Positions 1-10,258 of a stretch of 64,000 nt of DNA are shown piece after piece. A program made the position numbers and the translations under genes. The notes beneath the pieces are model-generated. The model was not told the DNA's origin and made no database searches. It saw only the letters and a list, made by a program, of their open reading frames with translations. How positions within the stretch are numbered: the stretch's first letter is position 1; each line of letters opens with the position of its first letter. Origin of the DNA: a virus (taxonomy: Duplodnaviria; Caudoviricetes); IMG/VR virus record IMGVR_UViG_3300032327_000961, positions 3,312-67,311 of that record; one strand, 5' to 3'.

Positions 1-2
1 TC

Positions 3-695
3 TCTATATTAATTAAAGGGAATTCAGGTACAGGGAAAAGTTATTGCTTTAGAAGCTTTCCTCCAGAAGAAACTTTATTTATTAATTTAGAGAAGTTGTT
101 GCCTTTTGAGAACAAATTCAAGAACTTCAAGAATTATGTAACAAAAGAACAAATCTTACAAAGATTTACAACTGTTAATAAAGATGCTATTCATAGCCCT
201 CTTGTAACAGCAATAAAATCTAGTTTGAAAGCAAATCCAAAACTAAAATATGTAATAATAGATAGTTTTACTGGTTATCAAGATATTATTGTTCATAAAA
301 TTAACGAGATGAAAGTCTTAAAAGGTTTTGATATATGGACAGCAATAGGTGCAGAAACAGGTGCATTTCTTCAAACTATGAAAACTATACCTGCAATGGT
401 GATAGTTACAGCCCATGACGAGATAATACAAGACGAAACCGATGAGAATTTCAAGGTAAAAAGAACTCTTGTAGTAGGTAAGAAATGGGAAGGTAAGGTA
501 GAAACAATGTTTAGCATTGTAGTATCATCTAAAAGTAAGATGTTGGATGCAAATAAAAGACCAGAGTACTATTTAAAACTAATTCCTAACAACGATGGTG
601 TAAAATGTCCACCACATATTTTTGGTGAAGAAGTTTTAGAGTTACCTAATGACTTTTATCCATCAGCAAAAATAATTGAAGAAAAATATTGGTAA
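3..695 (+). CDS. P-loop (AAA_24-like) ATPase, 5'-truncated by the window edge
   Basis: The frame of ORF 96..695 is open back to position 3 and reads SILIKGNSGTGKSY (Walker A). Walker B-like VIIDS follows. It sits next to SSB-like and primase genes as in crAss-like replication modules. Confidence 0.8.
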   Translation, partial: SILIKGNSGTGKSYCFRSFPPEETLFINLEKLLPFENKFKNFKNYVTKEQILQRFTTVNKDAIHSPLVTAIKSSLKANPKLKYVIIDSFTGYQDIIVHKINEMKVLKGFDIWTAIGAETGAFLQTMKTIPAMVIVTAHDEIIQDETDENFKVKRTLVVGKKWEGKVETMFSIVVSSKSKMLDANKRPEYYLKLIPNNDGVKCPPHIFGEEVLELPNDFYPSAKIIEEKYW

Positions 696-794
696 TAATT
701 AGTAAGTAAAACAAAAAAGTAGTATTTTTACATAGTGAAAGTCAGCAATGACAACAAAAACAAAAACAAAAACTAACCTAAACACAACAATCGT

Positions 795-1391
795 ATGTTA
801 GATCTAAGTAATTTGACAGTATTAACTAGTAATACCAGCACTGGTAAAAAATCAGGTGGTAAAAAAGGTAAGCCAAAATCAACTGATTTGAGAGCTACTT
901 TCCAAAAAGGTTCTATTAGCCTTAGCAATGCTGCAATGGAAAAATTTGATATTAAATCAAATTGCATATTCCCAGTATTGAATGGTGGTAAATTACTTTT
1001 AGTAGTAGTTCCAGAAGAACTTTCTAATAGCCCAATGTTTGGAACAGCTAAAGCTCTTTACAAAGCTACTCGTAAAGTAGGAACAGTAAAAGCTAAAACT
1101 GCTACTTTCAATAATCCTGCTATTAATGATTATGTTACTACATTATCAGGAGAAGGAGTTTATGAAATTTCTCAAATGATTGATGCTTCTGGACAACCAG
1201 TACAAGTAACTAATGCAGGAAATGTAATTGATGGTTCAGCAGTTATTGAAATTGGTATGTTTATCAGACCTGTTTCAGAAAGAAAAGCTAAAGTAGCAAC
1301 TTCTAGTGAAAGTCAAATGAATATCAACTTTACTTCACCAGTAAGTTCAGATGAGTCAGATGATGATTCTGTAGATTTTGATAGTATCTAG
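795..1391 (+). CDS. Hypothetical protein with basic N-terminus and acidic C-terminal tail
   Basis: 198-aa ORF with an A-rich leader; GKKSGGKKGK near the N-terminus and SDESDDDSVDFDSI at the C-terminus; followed by a terminator. Confidence 0.7.
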   Translation: MLDLSNLTVLTSNTSTGKKSGGKKGKPKSTDLRATFQKGSISLSNAAMEKFDIKSNCIFPVLNGGKLLLVVVPEELSNSPMFGTAKALYKATRKVGTVKAKTATFNNPAINDYVTTLSGEGVYEISQMIDASGQPVQVTNAGNVIDGSAVIEIGMFIRPVSERKAKVATSSESQMNINFTSPVSSDESDDDSVDFDSI

Positions 1392-1412
1392 TAGTCAGGG
1401 TTTAAATTAATT

Positions 1413-1447
1413 AAAAGGGGTTTTGTTTTACAAAACCTCTTTTTTTA
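1413..1447 (+). terminator. Intrinsic terminator
   Basis: GGGGTTTTGT-TTT-ACAAAACCTC stem followed by a T-tract, just after the 795..1391 stop. Confidence 0.7.
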
Positions 1448-1491
1448 CCTAAAAAATTAAAAAACAACACATTAAAACAAAAAAAACAAGT

Positions 1492-2133
1492 ATGTTAAGT
1501 AAAATAAGTAACGAAGAAGTAGAAGGTAAAAGTGGCAATAGTAACTTTGCTCCAGGAATATACAACTGTTTTCTTAGTAATATTACAAGAGAAACTCTAA
1601 AAGGAGATTTTGATGTAGTAGTATTGAAGTTTAAAAATGCAGATGAATCTAGTGATTCAAGAGAACATTCTCATATAATCTGGGATGTTACTAAAATACA
1701 AGCAAATTCAAATAAAACTCAAGAAGAAAGACAAATAGCTGCTTACAAAACACTTTGTCATATTTTTGATCCATTAGGATTTGATTTTCAAAATAAATAT
1801 CTTGCAGCAGGTAGTAATCAACCTTTAAATACAGAACAATTATTCAATCTTTTGAATATTAATATTACTGCTAGTCATAAACAAATTGCTTTAGTAGTTA
1901 AAGTATTAGGTAATGTTTACAACGAAAAAGCTAATGCTGGGTTTCCTGGTTATCTTCCTTTCCTTAGAAAGAAATCTGATATTGATGAAAAACCTCTTAG
2001 TTTTAGTGCAAAAGAATTAGCTAGTAATGCTGAATATCGTGATTTCTTAAATAAACCTAAGAATAACGAAGGTCAATTTGGTCAAGTTGATTCAGTAAAT
2101 ACTCAAACTAAAGATGATGATTTACCATTCTAA
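1492..2133 (+). CDS. Single-stranded DNA-binding protein-like (crAss-type)
   Basis: Ends in DDDLPF, the typical acidic SSB tail; N-terminal APGIYNCFLSNI motif; lies between the ATPase and primase. Confidence 0.65.
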   Translation: MLSKISNEEVEGKSGNSNFAPGIYNCFLSNITRETLKGDFDVVVLKFKNADESSDSREHSHIIWDVTKIQANSNKTQEERQIAAYKTLCHIFDPLGFDFQNKYLAAGSNQPLNTEQLFNLLNINITASHKQIALVVKVLGNVYNEKANAGFPGYLPFLRKKSDIDEKPLSFSAKELASNAEYRDFLNKPKNNEGQFGQVDSVNTQTKDDDLPF

Positions 2134-2168
2134 TTTAAATTGTTTCTAAACATTAATGTAATTAATTT

Positions 2169-2191
2169 AAGGGGAAGAAATTCCCCTTTTT
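2169..2191 (+). terminator. Intrinsic terminator
   Basis: AAGGGGAA-GAAA-TTCCCCTT hairpin (GNRA loop) plus T-tract. Confidence 0.8.
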
Positions 2192-2209
2192 CTATTTAAA
2201 AGAAATAAA

Positions 2210-2422
2210 ATGAAGATAAAAATGAAATGTTTACAAGCATTACCACTAAGAGATGGAACTTTATCAGTAATGATGAAAAGAGTAATTGATGTAGCTACAG
2301 AAAAAATTGATTGGACAGAACCTCAAGTAACAGCTTATTTTTCTTTTACAGTAATAGATGAAAAAGAAAAACAATTATTTGAAGAGAATAAAATTTACAC
2401 TATAACTATAAAACCAGAGTAG
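2210..2422 (+). CDS. Hypothetical protein (70 aa)
   Basis: ORF with an A-rich leader fills the gap between the terminator and primase. Confidence 0.6.
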   Translation: MKIKMKCLQALPLRDGTLSVMMKRVIDVATEKIDWTEPQVTAYFSFTVIDEKEKQLFEENKIYTITIKPE

Positions 2423-2431
2423 TACTATGTA

Positions 2432-3367
2432 ATGTTAAAAAAATATGAAGAAGTTGAATTATCTAAAAAACTAGTTCTTGAGAAATTTAGTCAAGAAACA
2501 ATTTTTGCTACCTATGGTATTCCTGTTACTAATAAGCTTATAAGAAATCCTTTAAGAGATGATAAAAATCCTAGTTGTAGTTTTTATGAAAGTAGAGGAA
2601 CTATTTATTTTGTAGATAAAGCAGCAGATATTCATTATGACTGTTTTAATTTAGTTCAACATATTTATAAAGTAGGATTTTATGAAGCTTTGAGAATTAT
2701 CTATTATGGTGTAAAAGAAGCAAATATCATTAGAACTCCTAGAGTAAAACTAGAAAATACTAGAACAGAAATTTATGTAGAACCAATTCCTTATACTAAA
2801 GAATTACTAGAGTATTTTAATTACTATGGTATAAGAAGAAGTACTCTAACTACTTATAAGGTTTACAGTGTAGGAGAAGTAATCCTTAATAGAAAAAATA
2901 GAATTTATAAATACAACAAAGATTTAGCAATTTGTTATAAATACGATGTAGGTGTTTATAAAATCTATTTTCCTTATATGGAAAAAAGATTCATTAATAA
3001 CTGTGGTGGATATGTAGAAGGTATAAATCAATTACCAGAAAAAGGGGATTTGTTAATTATAACAAAATCACTTAAAGATGTAATGTGTTTATACGAATTA
3101 GGATATAATGCAATTAGTCCTAATTCAGAATCAAGTTTTATTACAGATAAATTATTTAACTCTCTAAAAGAAAGATTTACAAGAATAGTATTATTTTTTG
3201 ACAATGATGAAACAGGTAAAATGTATAGTCAAAAAATAACAGAAAAGTATAAGATCGAATCAATATTTATTCCTTCTTATATGGAAATAAAAGACCTATC
3301 TGATTTCATATATGATTATGATATGGAGTCAGCAAAAGAATTAATGAATCAATTATTAAATAATTAA
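2432..3367 (+). CDS. DNA primase (Toprim), crAss-type
   Basis: N-terminal NPLRDDKNPSCSF zinc-finger-like motif, ITKSLKDVMCL, and Toprim DxD motif LFFDNDETG. Confidence 0.9.
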   Translation: MLKKYEEVELSKKLVLEKFSQETIFATYGIPVTNKLIRNPLRDDKNPSCSFYESRGTIYFVDKAADIHYDCFNLVQHIYKVGFYEALRIIYYGVKEANIIRTPRVKLENTRTEIYVEPIPYTKELLEYFNYYGIRRSTLTTYKVYSVGEVILNRKNRIYKYNKDLAICYKYDVGVYKIYFPYMEKRFINNCGGYVEGINQLPEKGDLLIITKSLKDVMCLYELGYNAISPNSESSFITDKLFNSLKERFTRIVLFFDNDETGKMYSQKITEKYKIESIFIPSYMEIKDLSDFIYDYDMESAKELMNQLLNN

Positions 3368-3368
3368 A

Positions 3369-6245
3369 ATGATATTACAAAAAGACACAGATGAAATAGT
3401 TATCTCAAATGTAGATAACTCAGAACCATTAATAGGTTTAAAAATAAATGCTGACATAGGGCATATACTTCAATTAGTAACTAAAGATTTGTATAAATAT
3501 CCCATACAAAGTGTATGCAGAGAAATTATATCAAATTGTTATGATGCTAATAAAGAAGCAGGATATTCAGAAGAAGAAAACAAAATCTTAATCAAAATAT
3601 CTGATAAAAGTATTTCTTTTATAGATAAAGGATTAGGTATGTCGCCTGATTTTATAGATAAAGTATATTCTAGTTATTTTACTTCTACTAAGAAGACTAG
3701 TAATGAATTTATTGGCGGATTTGGATTAGGTTCTAAATCCCCATTAGCTTACAATAGTTATTTCTATATTAATACTGTAAGTAATGGTGTTAGATATAAT
3801 TATCTATTTGATAAAAATGATATAGAAACTGGTATTGCAGCAATTAGATTATTAGATTCTTATGAAACAGAAGAAGAATCTGGTACTGAAATAGTAGTAG
3901 AGTTTGTAAATAAAATTGATAAATTTACTTTTCAAAAATCTGTAGATAATATAAGTTTATTGTTATTTAAAAACAATATAGTTTTACATATAGAGGAAGT
4001 CCTTGTAGAAAGTAAACCTATTAATATATTAGAATATGAAAACTTCTATTTAATTAATACTAATGAAAATTCTAAAACTGATAATGAAAGAGTTTGTTTG
4101 TCTTTAGGTAAAGTCATTTATGAAATTAAACCAAAAGATTATCTTTCTCAATATGCCAATTTATCAACTGCTATTACAAAAGTAGAGGAATGGTTAGGTG
4201 TAAATGGTAAAGGTATTGTCTTAAAGTTTAATGTAGGAGATTTAAATCCTTCGTTACCTAGAGAAGAAATTAATATTTCTGAATCTAATAATAAGAATAT
4301 AGCTACTAAAGTAAATTTAGCTTTACATGAGTTTTTTCTAAACTTTTTTAGTTTATTAGACTTTCTTGGTTACGAAGTAATAAAAGGTGAAGAATCTGCT
4401 TATCTTATAAATAATAGAGATTTTTCTCCCGTTAGTAGAAATGGAGATTATTCAATCTTATCTGGTGCTGATAAATTAAATATTTTAAGGTATTCTAATT
4501 TATCACAATACTATGATAATACTAATATTATAAATCCTAAAGAAGATTATTATTCATTCAATAAAAGTCTTTTAGATCAAGTTTATAAAAATGAATGTAT
4601 TCTTATTGGTAGAGCTTATTATGATAAGTATGGCATTCCTCCTTTGTTAAATAATATTGAAATTGATAACATTGCAAAATATTCAACCCAGATATATAAA
4701 GAAACAGAAAAAAGAAATAGTGGTCTTTTGTATTCATTGATCTATGAACATAAAGGTTGTAAACTGAAAGAAGTTTATAATAGAAATAAACTAAAAAATG
4801 ATATTCAAATAAAAATTAAAAGTGGAAACTATAATATAGAAAGTAAAGTTGGATTTATTAATAATTTAATTAATGAAGACAATTTATTTTTTACAACTAG
4901 GAAACCTAAAGAAGTATTTGGAAAAGCAATACTCCTAAAGCTTTTAAAAGTAAAGAATCTAACAAATAAATATAAAGAGTATCAAGCTAATTTACATAAA
5001 GTTTATACTTCTTTATCAGAAGAAGATAAAGCTGTATATACAAACAGCCCTTTGAATATAGCAAGTTTCTTTGGTAATCCAACTTATAAAAATACTTTAG
5101 GGTTTAGTAGATATTGTCAAACTAATTTTTCTAGCAGGACTATTGCATTAGATGAGTATATAAAAACTATTTATGATGATATTTTTGAATCTATTTCTGA
5201 AGTATACTCTGAAGAAATAGTAGATAATGTAGCTTCATTCTTTATTCAACTAAATAGATTTATCCCAGAAAGTTATTTATTAAGTTTAAATACTCAAGAA
5301 AAAGTTGTAAAATATAAAAACACAACTAGATCAAGAGTTAAAGCTTATCATTATAATAGTAATTTTAACTTAGAAGCTATCAATGTTAATGTAAAATACA
5401 ATTCAAATCTTGGTACTTATGAAAGCAGATTAGAAACTAGTAATAATATAGTTTTTACTAAACTAGATGAGTTTTTATTTGTAAGTTATGGTTTATGGGT
5501 AGGTAAATTATTAGGTCAATCTATTGGAAATAGTATTAGTTTATATTCTTTATATTATTTTCCAGACGATTTAGATGGATTATTGAAATTTGAATCTAGT
5601 TATGCTGATAATAATGTAGCTATGTTTAAGAAATGGTTTGGCACTCATACTACTAAACTATACTTATCCGTATTATTCAATAAAAGGAATGAAGAAAAAG
5701 GTATTGAATTTGATTTTTACAAAAATTTGTTTGATTCAAATTTGAACTTCTATAAAAGATTAAATGAAAGTAACACTAGAATAAAAAGTTTACTTAATTA
5801 TAAAGAAGATCCTAAAAGTATTTATTCTATTGATCATTCTTTAAATGTTATATTCAATATTCGGGTTAGCGATATACAAATGAGTTTTGTAAAAGATATA
5901 CAAACTCATTTAGATTTAGATTTGAGTAGTGTAGATAATTTCTTTTCATTTGGCGAAAAGATATTATCTTTATATTCTGTTGATGAAACTCTTGAAATTC
6001 TAAAAAAGTTAATTGAAAGAGAAAATCGTATTATTGACATAGCAAAGAGTTACATTTCAAAAATAGATAACACACCTTTCCTAAAACATATAATTAACAA
6101 ACCTGATAGTAAAGTTAGTCCTTTAACTAAACATATTAAAACATTCAATCAACAGATTGAATATACAAACAACCTAAGAACAAAAACCAATCGTAAAAAT
6201 TCAAAAGTAAGAAAAGATGAAAAAAGCAATCACATTCCGTTTTAG
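3369..6245 (+). CDS. rIIA: rIIA-like protein with N-terminal GHKL (HSP90/MORC-type) ATPase
   Basis: Bergerat-fold motifs REIISNCYDA, IDKGLGMS and GGFGLGSKS; directly followed by an overlapping rIIB-like gene. Confidence 0.75.
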   Translation: MILQKDTDEIVISNVDNSEPLIGLKINADIGHILQLVTKDLYKYPIQSVCREIISNCYDANKEAGYSEEENKILIKISDKSISFIDKGLGMSPDFIDKVYSSYFTSTKKTSNEFIGGFGLGSKSPLAYNSYFYINTVSNGVRYNYLFDKNDIETGIAAIRLLDSYETEEESGTEIVVEFVNKIDKFTFQKSVDNISLLLFKNNIVLHIEEVLVESKPINILEYENFYLINTNENSKTDNERVCLSLGKVIYEIKPKDYLSQYANLSTAITKVEEWLGVNGKGIVLKFNVGDLNPSLPREEINISESNNKNIATKVNLALHEFFLNFFSLLDFLGYEVIKGEESAYLINNRDFSPVSRNGDYSILSGADKLNILRYSNLSQYYDNTNIINPKEDYYSFNKSLLDQVYKNECILIGRAYYDKYGIPPLLNNIEIDNIAKYSTQIYKETEKRNSGLLYSLIYEHKGCKLKEVYNRNKLKNDIQIKIKSGNYNIESKVGFINNLINEDNLFFTTRKPKEVFGKAILLKLLKVKNLTNKYKEYQANLHKVYTSLSEEDKAVYTNSPLNIASFFGNPTYKNTLGFSRYCQTNFSSRTIALDEYIKTIYDDIFESISEVYSEEIVDNVASFFIQLNRFIPESYLLSLNTQEKVVKYKNTTRSRVKAYHYNSNFNLEAINVNVKYNSNLGTYESRLETSNNIVFTKLDEFLFVSYGLWVGKLLGQSIGNSISLYSLYYFPDDLDGLLKFESSYADNNVAMFKKWFGTHTTKLYLSVLFNKRNEEKGIEFDFYKNLFDSNLNFYKRLNESNTRIKSLLNYKEDPKSIYSIDHSLNVIFNIRVSDIQMSFVKDIQTHLDLDLSSVDNFFSFGEKILSLYSVDETLEILKKLIERENRIIDIAKSYISKIDNTPFLKHIINKPDSKVSPLTKHIKTFNQQIEYTNNLRTKTNRKNSKVRKDEKSNHIPF

Positions 6246-7788
6246 AATAAAAAAAGATGCAGAAGGTTTAACCAATGCAGCAATTTCAGTTAATTCTGGC
6301 AAAGGTAAATACAATCTAAATCTAAAAAATCTAAATGAAGATACTATATCTTCAATTAGAAAACATTTAGAAGAAGAAACTGCTACTAGTATTAAAGTTC
6401 ATAAAAAGAACTTGGAAAATTTTGTTAAAACAAGTATATACAAAACTGAAAAACTACAAGACAGAGAAGAAACTTTTGGGGAAAAAGGATTTCATCATGA
6501 AAAAGTAGAAGAAGTTAAACAAGAAGTTGTTGAAGAAGTAAGTAAATTAGTTCAAGAAAGCAGAAATATAATTACTATTGGTAAATATAAATTTGCTCAA
6601 TTTGGACATAATGTTTATTTCTCAGAAATACTAAGTTTGGCAGTTCCTCCTGTGTTATTAGAAATGATGAAACAATCTGATGAGTATAAATTGGATTGTT
6701 TGATTAATTATTTTAGGTTATTAGCGTTAAATCCAGATCCTAATATAGTTGAGAAAATAACAGATTATGTTGTGAGAGGTCAATTCAAAATAAGTAATTT
6801 AGGATTTTTAGTAGGTTATAAAAAGGTAACTAGTAGGAGTAATACTAGTCAATCTTATATAAAAGAGAGTGGTGATCATTTTTATAATATCTTAGAATCT
6901 AATAAAACTATTGAATATAGTGATTTAATAGATAAATGTGAATTTACAGATTCACATACTAAAAGAATGACTATTAAAAATGGTCATTTAATTACTATGG
7001 CTAGAAAAGATTGTGATAACAATCCTAATAATGGCTGTAGTACTGGTTTGCATATAGGAACTTATAGTTATTCAAGTTCTTTTTCAGGTAATGTACTTCT
7101 TCTTTGTTTGTTCAGTCCTTCTGATATTGCAAATTTACCTTTGGCAGAACCTAATAAACTTAGAGCTTCTGCTTATATCCCATTAGGTATATTAGAAGGA
7201 GATGATTTTCAAACATCTGTAGAGAAAAATGATTTTAGGATACATCCTGATATTATATTTGAAGCTAAAAGAAATTTAGAAACATTCTTTGATAATAATA
7301 AAGATTTAAAAAATCAATATACTGATTTTATATCTGATATAGATACACATATTAGTTTTATTGAAGCTAGAGAAATCTTAAATAAAACAGCTAATACTGT
7401 TTTAAGTTTTGTAAAAGTATCTGAAGCTGATTTAGTCAAAGTAACAGAAGTTCCTAAACTTGTAAAATCTAAATATGAACATTTAGGAAGTTCTGAAGTT
7501 CCTTCTGTAGTTACAGAAGATGAAGATTTAGAAGATGAAGAACTTGATGAGGATGAAGATTACGATGATTACAATGATGAGAAAATGTATGAAGACCAAG
7601 ATTCTGATGAATCAGAAGACGAAGAAATTGATTCTGAATTAGAAGAATTTAAACAAAGTTCTATTAATCGTTTAACTAGAATGCGTTGGAAATTAGAAAA
7701 GTATTGTGTAATTTCAACGGACAAAGGTTATGAACTTATAGCTAAAGAAAAGCTGGGAGATAATAACTATATTTGTGATCTAGTTTAA
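6217..7788 (+). CDS. rIIB: rIIB-like protein
   Basis: GFLVGYKKV and CDNNPNNGCSTGLHIG motifs typical of rIIB proteins; pairing with rIIA; long acidic stretch near the C-terminus. Confidence 0.75.
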   Translation: MKKAITFRFRIKKDAEGLTNAAISVNSGKGKYNLNLKNLNEDTISSIRKHLEEETATSIKVHKKNLENFVKTSIYKTEKLQDREETFGEKGFHHEKVEEVKQEVVEEVSKLVQESRNIITIGKYKFAQFGHNVYFSEILSLAVPPVLLEMMKQSDEYKLDCLINYFRLLALNPDPNIVEKITDYVVRGQFKISNLGFLVGYKKVTSRSNTSQSYIKESGDHFYNILESNKTIEYSDLIDKCEFTDSHTKRMTIKNGHLITMARKDCDNNPNNGCSTGLHIGTYSYSSSFSGNVLLLCLFSPSDIANLPLAEPNKLRASAYIPLGILEGDDFQTSVEKNDFRIHPDIIFEAKRNLETFFDNNKDLKNQYTDFISDIDTHISFIEAREILNKTANTVLSFVKVSEADLVKVTEVPKLVKSKYEHLGSSEVPSVVTEDEDLEDEELDEDEDYDDYNDEKMYEDQDSDESEDEEIDSELEEFKQSSINRLTRMRWKLEKYCVISTDKGYELIAKEKLGDNNYICDLV

Positions 7789-7798
7789 ACAACGCAAC

Positions 7799-8260
7799 AT
7801 GAAAAACTTTTTTATACCCAACAATGTACCTTCTAGTAAGAATAGTAAGAATATTATTACTCTTAGAGATGGAAGTAAAAGAATAGTACATTCTAAATTA
7901 GTTCAAACTTATATAGCTGAAACTAAAAAGAATTACTTGTTGTGTAAAAAAGATTTTCTAAATTACATTGATGAAAATAAATTATGTAAGCCCTACGTTA
8001 TAGGGCTTACTTTTTATCGTGATCAAAAAAGAAATTTTGATTATATAAATGCTGCTCAAATTGTTCAGGATTTAATGGTAAAATATGAATGGATTCAAGA
8101 TGATAATAATCTTGAAATAATCCCTTTGTTTTTACCTTATGGTTATGATAAAGAAGATAGTGGTGTAGTTATAACTATATTTTCAAAACAAGAACAATCT
8201 CAACTAAAAAAAGTATTCAAAGAAATAAAAAATAACAATGGAAAGTCAAAGCCAGAATAG
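7799..8260 (+). CDS. RusA-like Holliday junction resolvase
   Basis: IPNNVPSSKN start, then KRNFDYINAAQIVQDLM..WIQDDN, matching the RusA D-x-x-N...D...DD pattern. Confidence 0.7.
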   Translation: MKNFFIPNNVPSSKNSKNIITLRDGSKRIVHSKLVQTYIAETKKNYLLCKKDFLNYIDENKLCKPYVIGLTFYRDQKRNFDYINAAQIVQDLMVKYEWIQDDNNLEIIPLFLPYGYDKEDSGVVITIFSKQEQSQLKKVFKEIKNNNGKSKPE

Positions 8261-9425
8261 TGATAAAGAAGAAAAGTATGATTATTTCAAAGATTTAGCT
8301 ATAAATAATTCATTACTTAAATATATAAGAAGTAATGATCATTTAGGTTTTTTAAAAGAATGGCATAGGATGTCAGAAGGAATTCATGTAGAATCAGATA
8401 ATCCTTCTTTACAATTTGGAAGTTTAGTTCATGCGTATTTAGAAGATCCAGAATCTTTTATTGTTTATGAAGGTAGTATAAAACCACAACCTAAAAGTTT
8501 TATTGAGGAAGTAAGTAAAATTACTGAAGATGAATTGATAACAATAGTTATTAATGAAGGTGGATCTGATGATTACAAAATTGATTATGAAACAGGGGAA
8601 ACTATAATTTCTGATGAAGTTAAACTAAAATTTAAATTTGAAACTGCTTATAAAAGAATAGGTGCTAAAGTTAAAATTGAAAGTTTGATAAAAGAATTTG
8701 AAGAAAACTCTAATTATTATGAATTATTGAAATCAGGAAAAACTTTAATTTCTTCTGAGGAAAACACTTTGCTGTCAAAGATGGGATATTTAATAGAGGA
8801 ATCTGTTAATAATTGTATGAGTTTTACCACTTTACCTGAATTTAGAAGGTTAGTTCAAAAAAAATGTAATTATAATATCCCTGAAAACTTAGAAAATTTA
8901 GGGTTTATTGAAAGCAGAGAATTACCAATTAGTTTTAATTTAGATATGAGAGAGGATGTTAATTTTGAATCGTTATTTAAAATAAAAATTAAAGGTAAAA
9001 TAGATTTAATGTTAGAATATATAAACGAGGAAGAAGGTAAACCAAATCTTATTTATATATTTGATTTTAAAACAATTAATGATTTATCAGAACAATCTAT
9101 TAAAGAAGCTATAATTAAATATAAATATGATCAGCAATTATTTTTTTATTCTAAATTAATAAAAAGTTTAAATCAGAATCTCGGTATTGAAAATCCTTTT
9201 ATAATTACTTGTTTGATATTTGTATCTAGGAATAATTTGGATTATTCAATACCTAAAATTTGTTATTTTTCTGTTTCTGAATTAGAAGAAGAGTATGATA
9301 ATAAATTTTTAATTGAATTAGGTATTGCTAGAAATTTAGTAGATGATTACAACAAATTAGGTTATAAAAAAGCTTTACAAAAAAATATCCTCTCACCTCA
9401 TACTATTTTTGCTAATGGGCTATGA
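8238..9425 (+). CDS. PD-(D/E)XK exonuclease (RecE/exonuclease VIII-like)
   Basis: FGSLVHAYLE, KGKIDL, IFDFKT and YDQQLFFY motifs. Confidence 0.8.
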   Translation: MESQSQNSDKEEKYDYFKDLAINNSLLKYIRSNDHLGFLKEWHRMSEGIHVESDNPSLQFGSLVHAYLEDPESFIVYEGSIKPQPKSFIEEVSKITEDELITIVINEGGSDDYKIDYETGETIISDEVKLKFKFETAYKRIGAKVKIESLIKEFEENSNYYELLKSGKTLISSEENTLLSKMGYLIEESVNNCMSFTTLPEFRRLVQKKCNYNIPENLENLGFIESRELPISFNLDMREDVNFESLFKIKIKGKIDLMLEYINEEEGKPNLIYIFDFKTINDLSEQSIKEAIIKYKYDQQLFFYSKLIKSLNQNLGIENPFIITCLIFVSRNNLDYSIPKICYFSVSELEEEYDNKFLIELGIARNLVDDYNKLGYKKALQKNILSPHTIFANGL

Positions 9426-9846
9426 CATAGATTTTAATGTTAGTTTAAGTGAAATATATGCTGAATATATTAATTGCAGAGTAATAGTAAATTATAATGG
9501 AGATCGTTGGTTATCTACTCTGAAAGGAGTAGATACTTTTAAAAAAGAATGCTATGTAATTAGTAGGGATAAAGAAACAGATATAAAAATACCTGTTAAA
9601 AATACTACTTTGTTGTTAAATAATTTTTCTGATTTAGATATATATTATCTATCAGAAGATTTTGAGTATAAAGTAATCAAATTGGAAACTTCACAAGTAA
9701 GAGAAGTTACAGATAATTTTATTCTTAATTTAAATAGAATGCCTAAATCAGCAAAAGTATTAACTAAGTATTTATTCTTAGATATATACAATTTAATACC
9801 AAGAAAAATAGCACTAGATGCTAAAAAAATCAATGAATATAAATAA
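9409..9846 (+). CDS. Hypothetical protein
   Basis: 145-aa ORF overlapping both neighbours, in operon orientation. Confidence 0.65.
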   Translation: MLMGYDIDFNVSLSEIYAEYINCRVIVNYNGDRWLSTLKGVDTFKKECYVISRDKETDIKIPVKNTTLLLNNFSDLDIYYLSEDFEYKVIKLETSQVREVTDNFILNLNRMPKSAKVLTKYLFLDIYNLIPRKIALDAKKINEYK

Positions 9847-10258
9847 AAAAATAATATGTATTACAGGAGAAAGTAATACTGGTAAGACTCATTTCTCTAA
9901 TCTATTAGCTGAATATATCAATTATAAAACTAATAATAAAGTTGTAGTAATTGATTTTTCTAAGCCTTTAGAGTTGGCAAAAGCAGTAATTTCTTTTTTT
10001 GAAGATAGCTCAGTGGATTTTCTTATAGTGGATCATGTTTATTCACTAGATATGTTAGAGTTATTAATTCATAAAGGTTGTACTCTTGTAAAAGTAGAGA
10101 GATTATTCAATACTTTAGAAATATCAATAAATGAAGGTAAACCTGAATTATCTTTAGATGCTTATGATTTTGATGTAATAATCAATAATTATGGTACAAC
10201 AAAAGAATTATCTAAACAAGCTTTAGCATTAGTAGAAAAGATATATGGTAAAATCTAA
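9818..10258 (+). CDS. P-loop nucleotide monophosphate kinase-like protein
   Basis: IICITGESNTGKT Walker A; C-terminal FDVIINNYGT resembles the DxxIxNxGT motif of phage dNMP kinases. Confidence 0.6.
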   Translation: MLKKSMNINKKIICITGESNTGKTHFSNLLAEYINYKTNNKVVVIDFSKPLELAKAVISFFEDSSVDFLIVDHVYSLDMLELLIHKGCTLVKVERLFNTLEISINEGKPELSLDAYDFDVIINNYGTTKELSKQALALVEKIYGKI

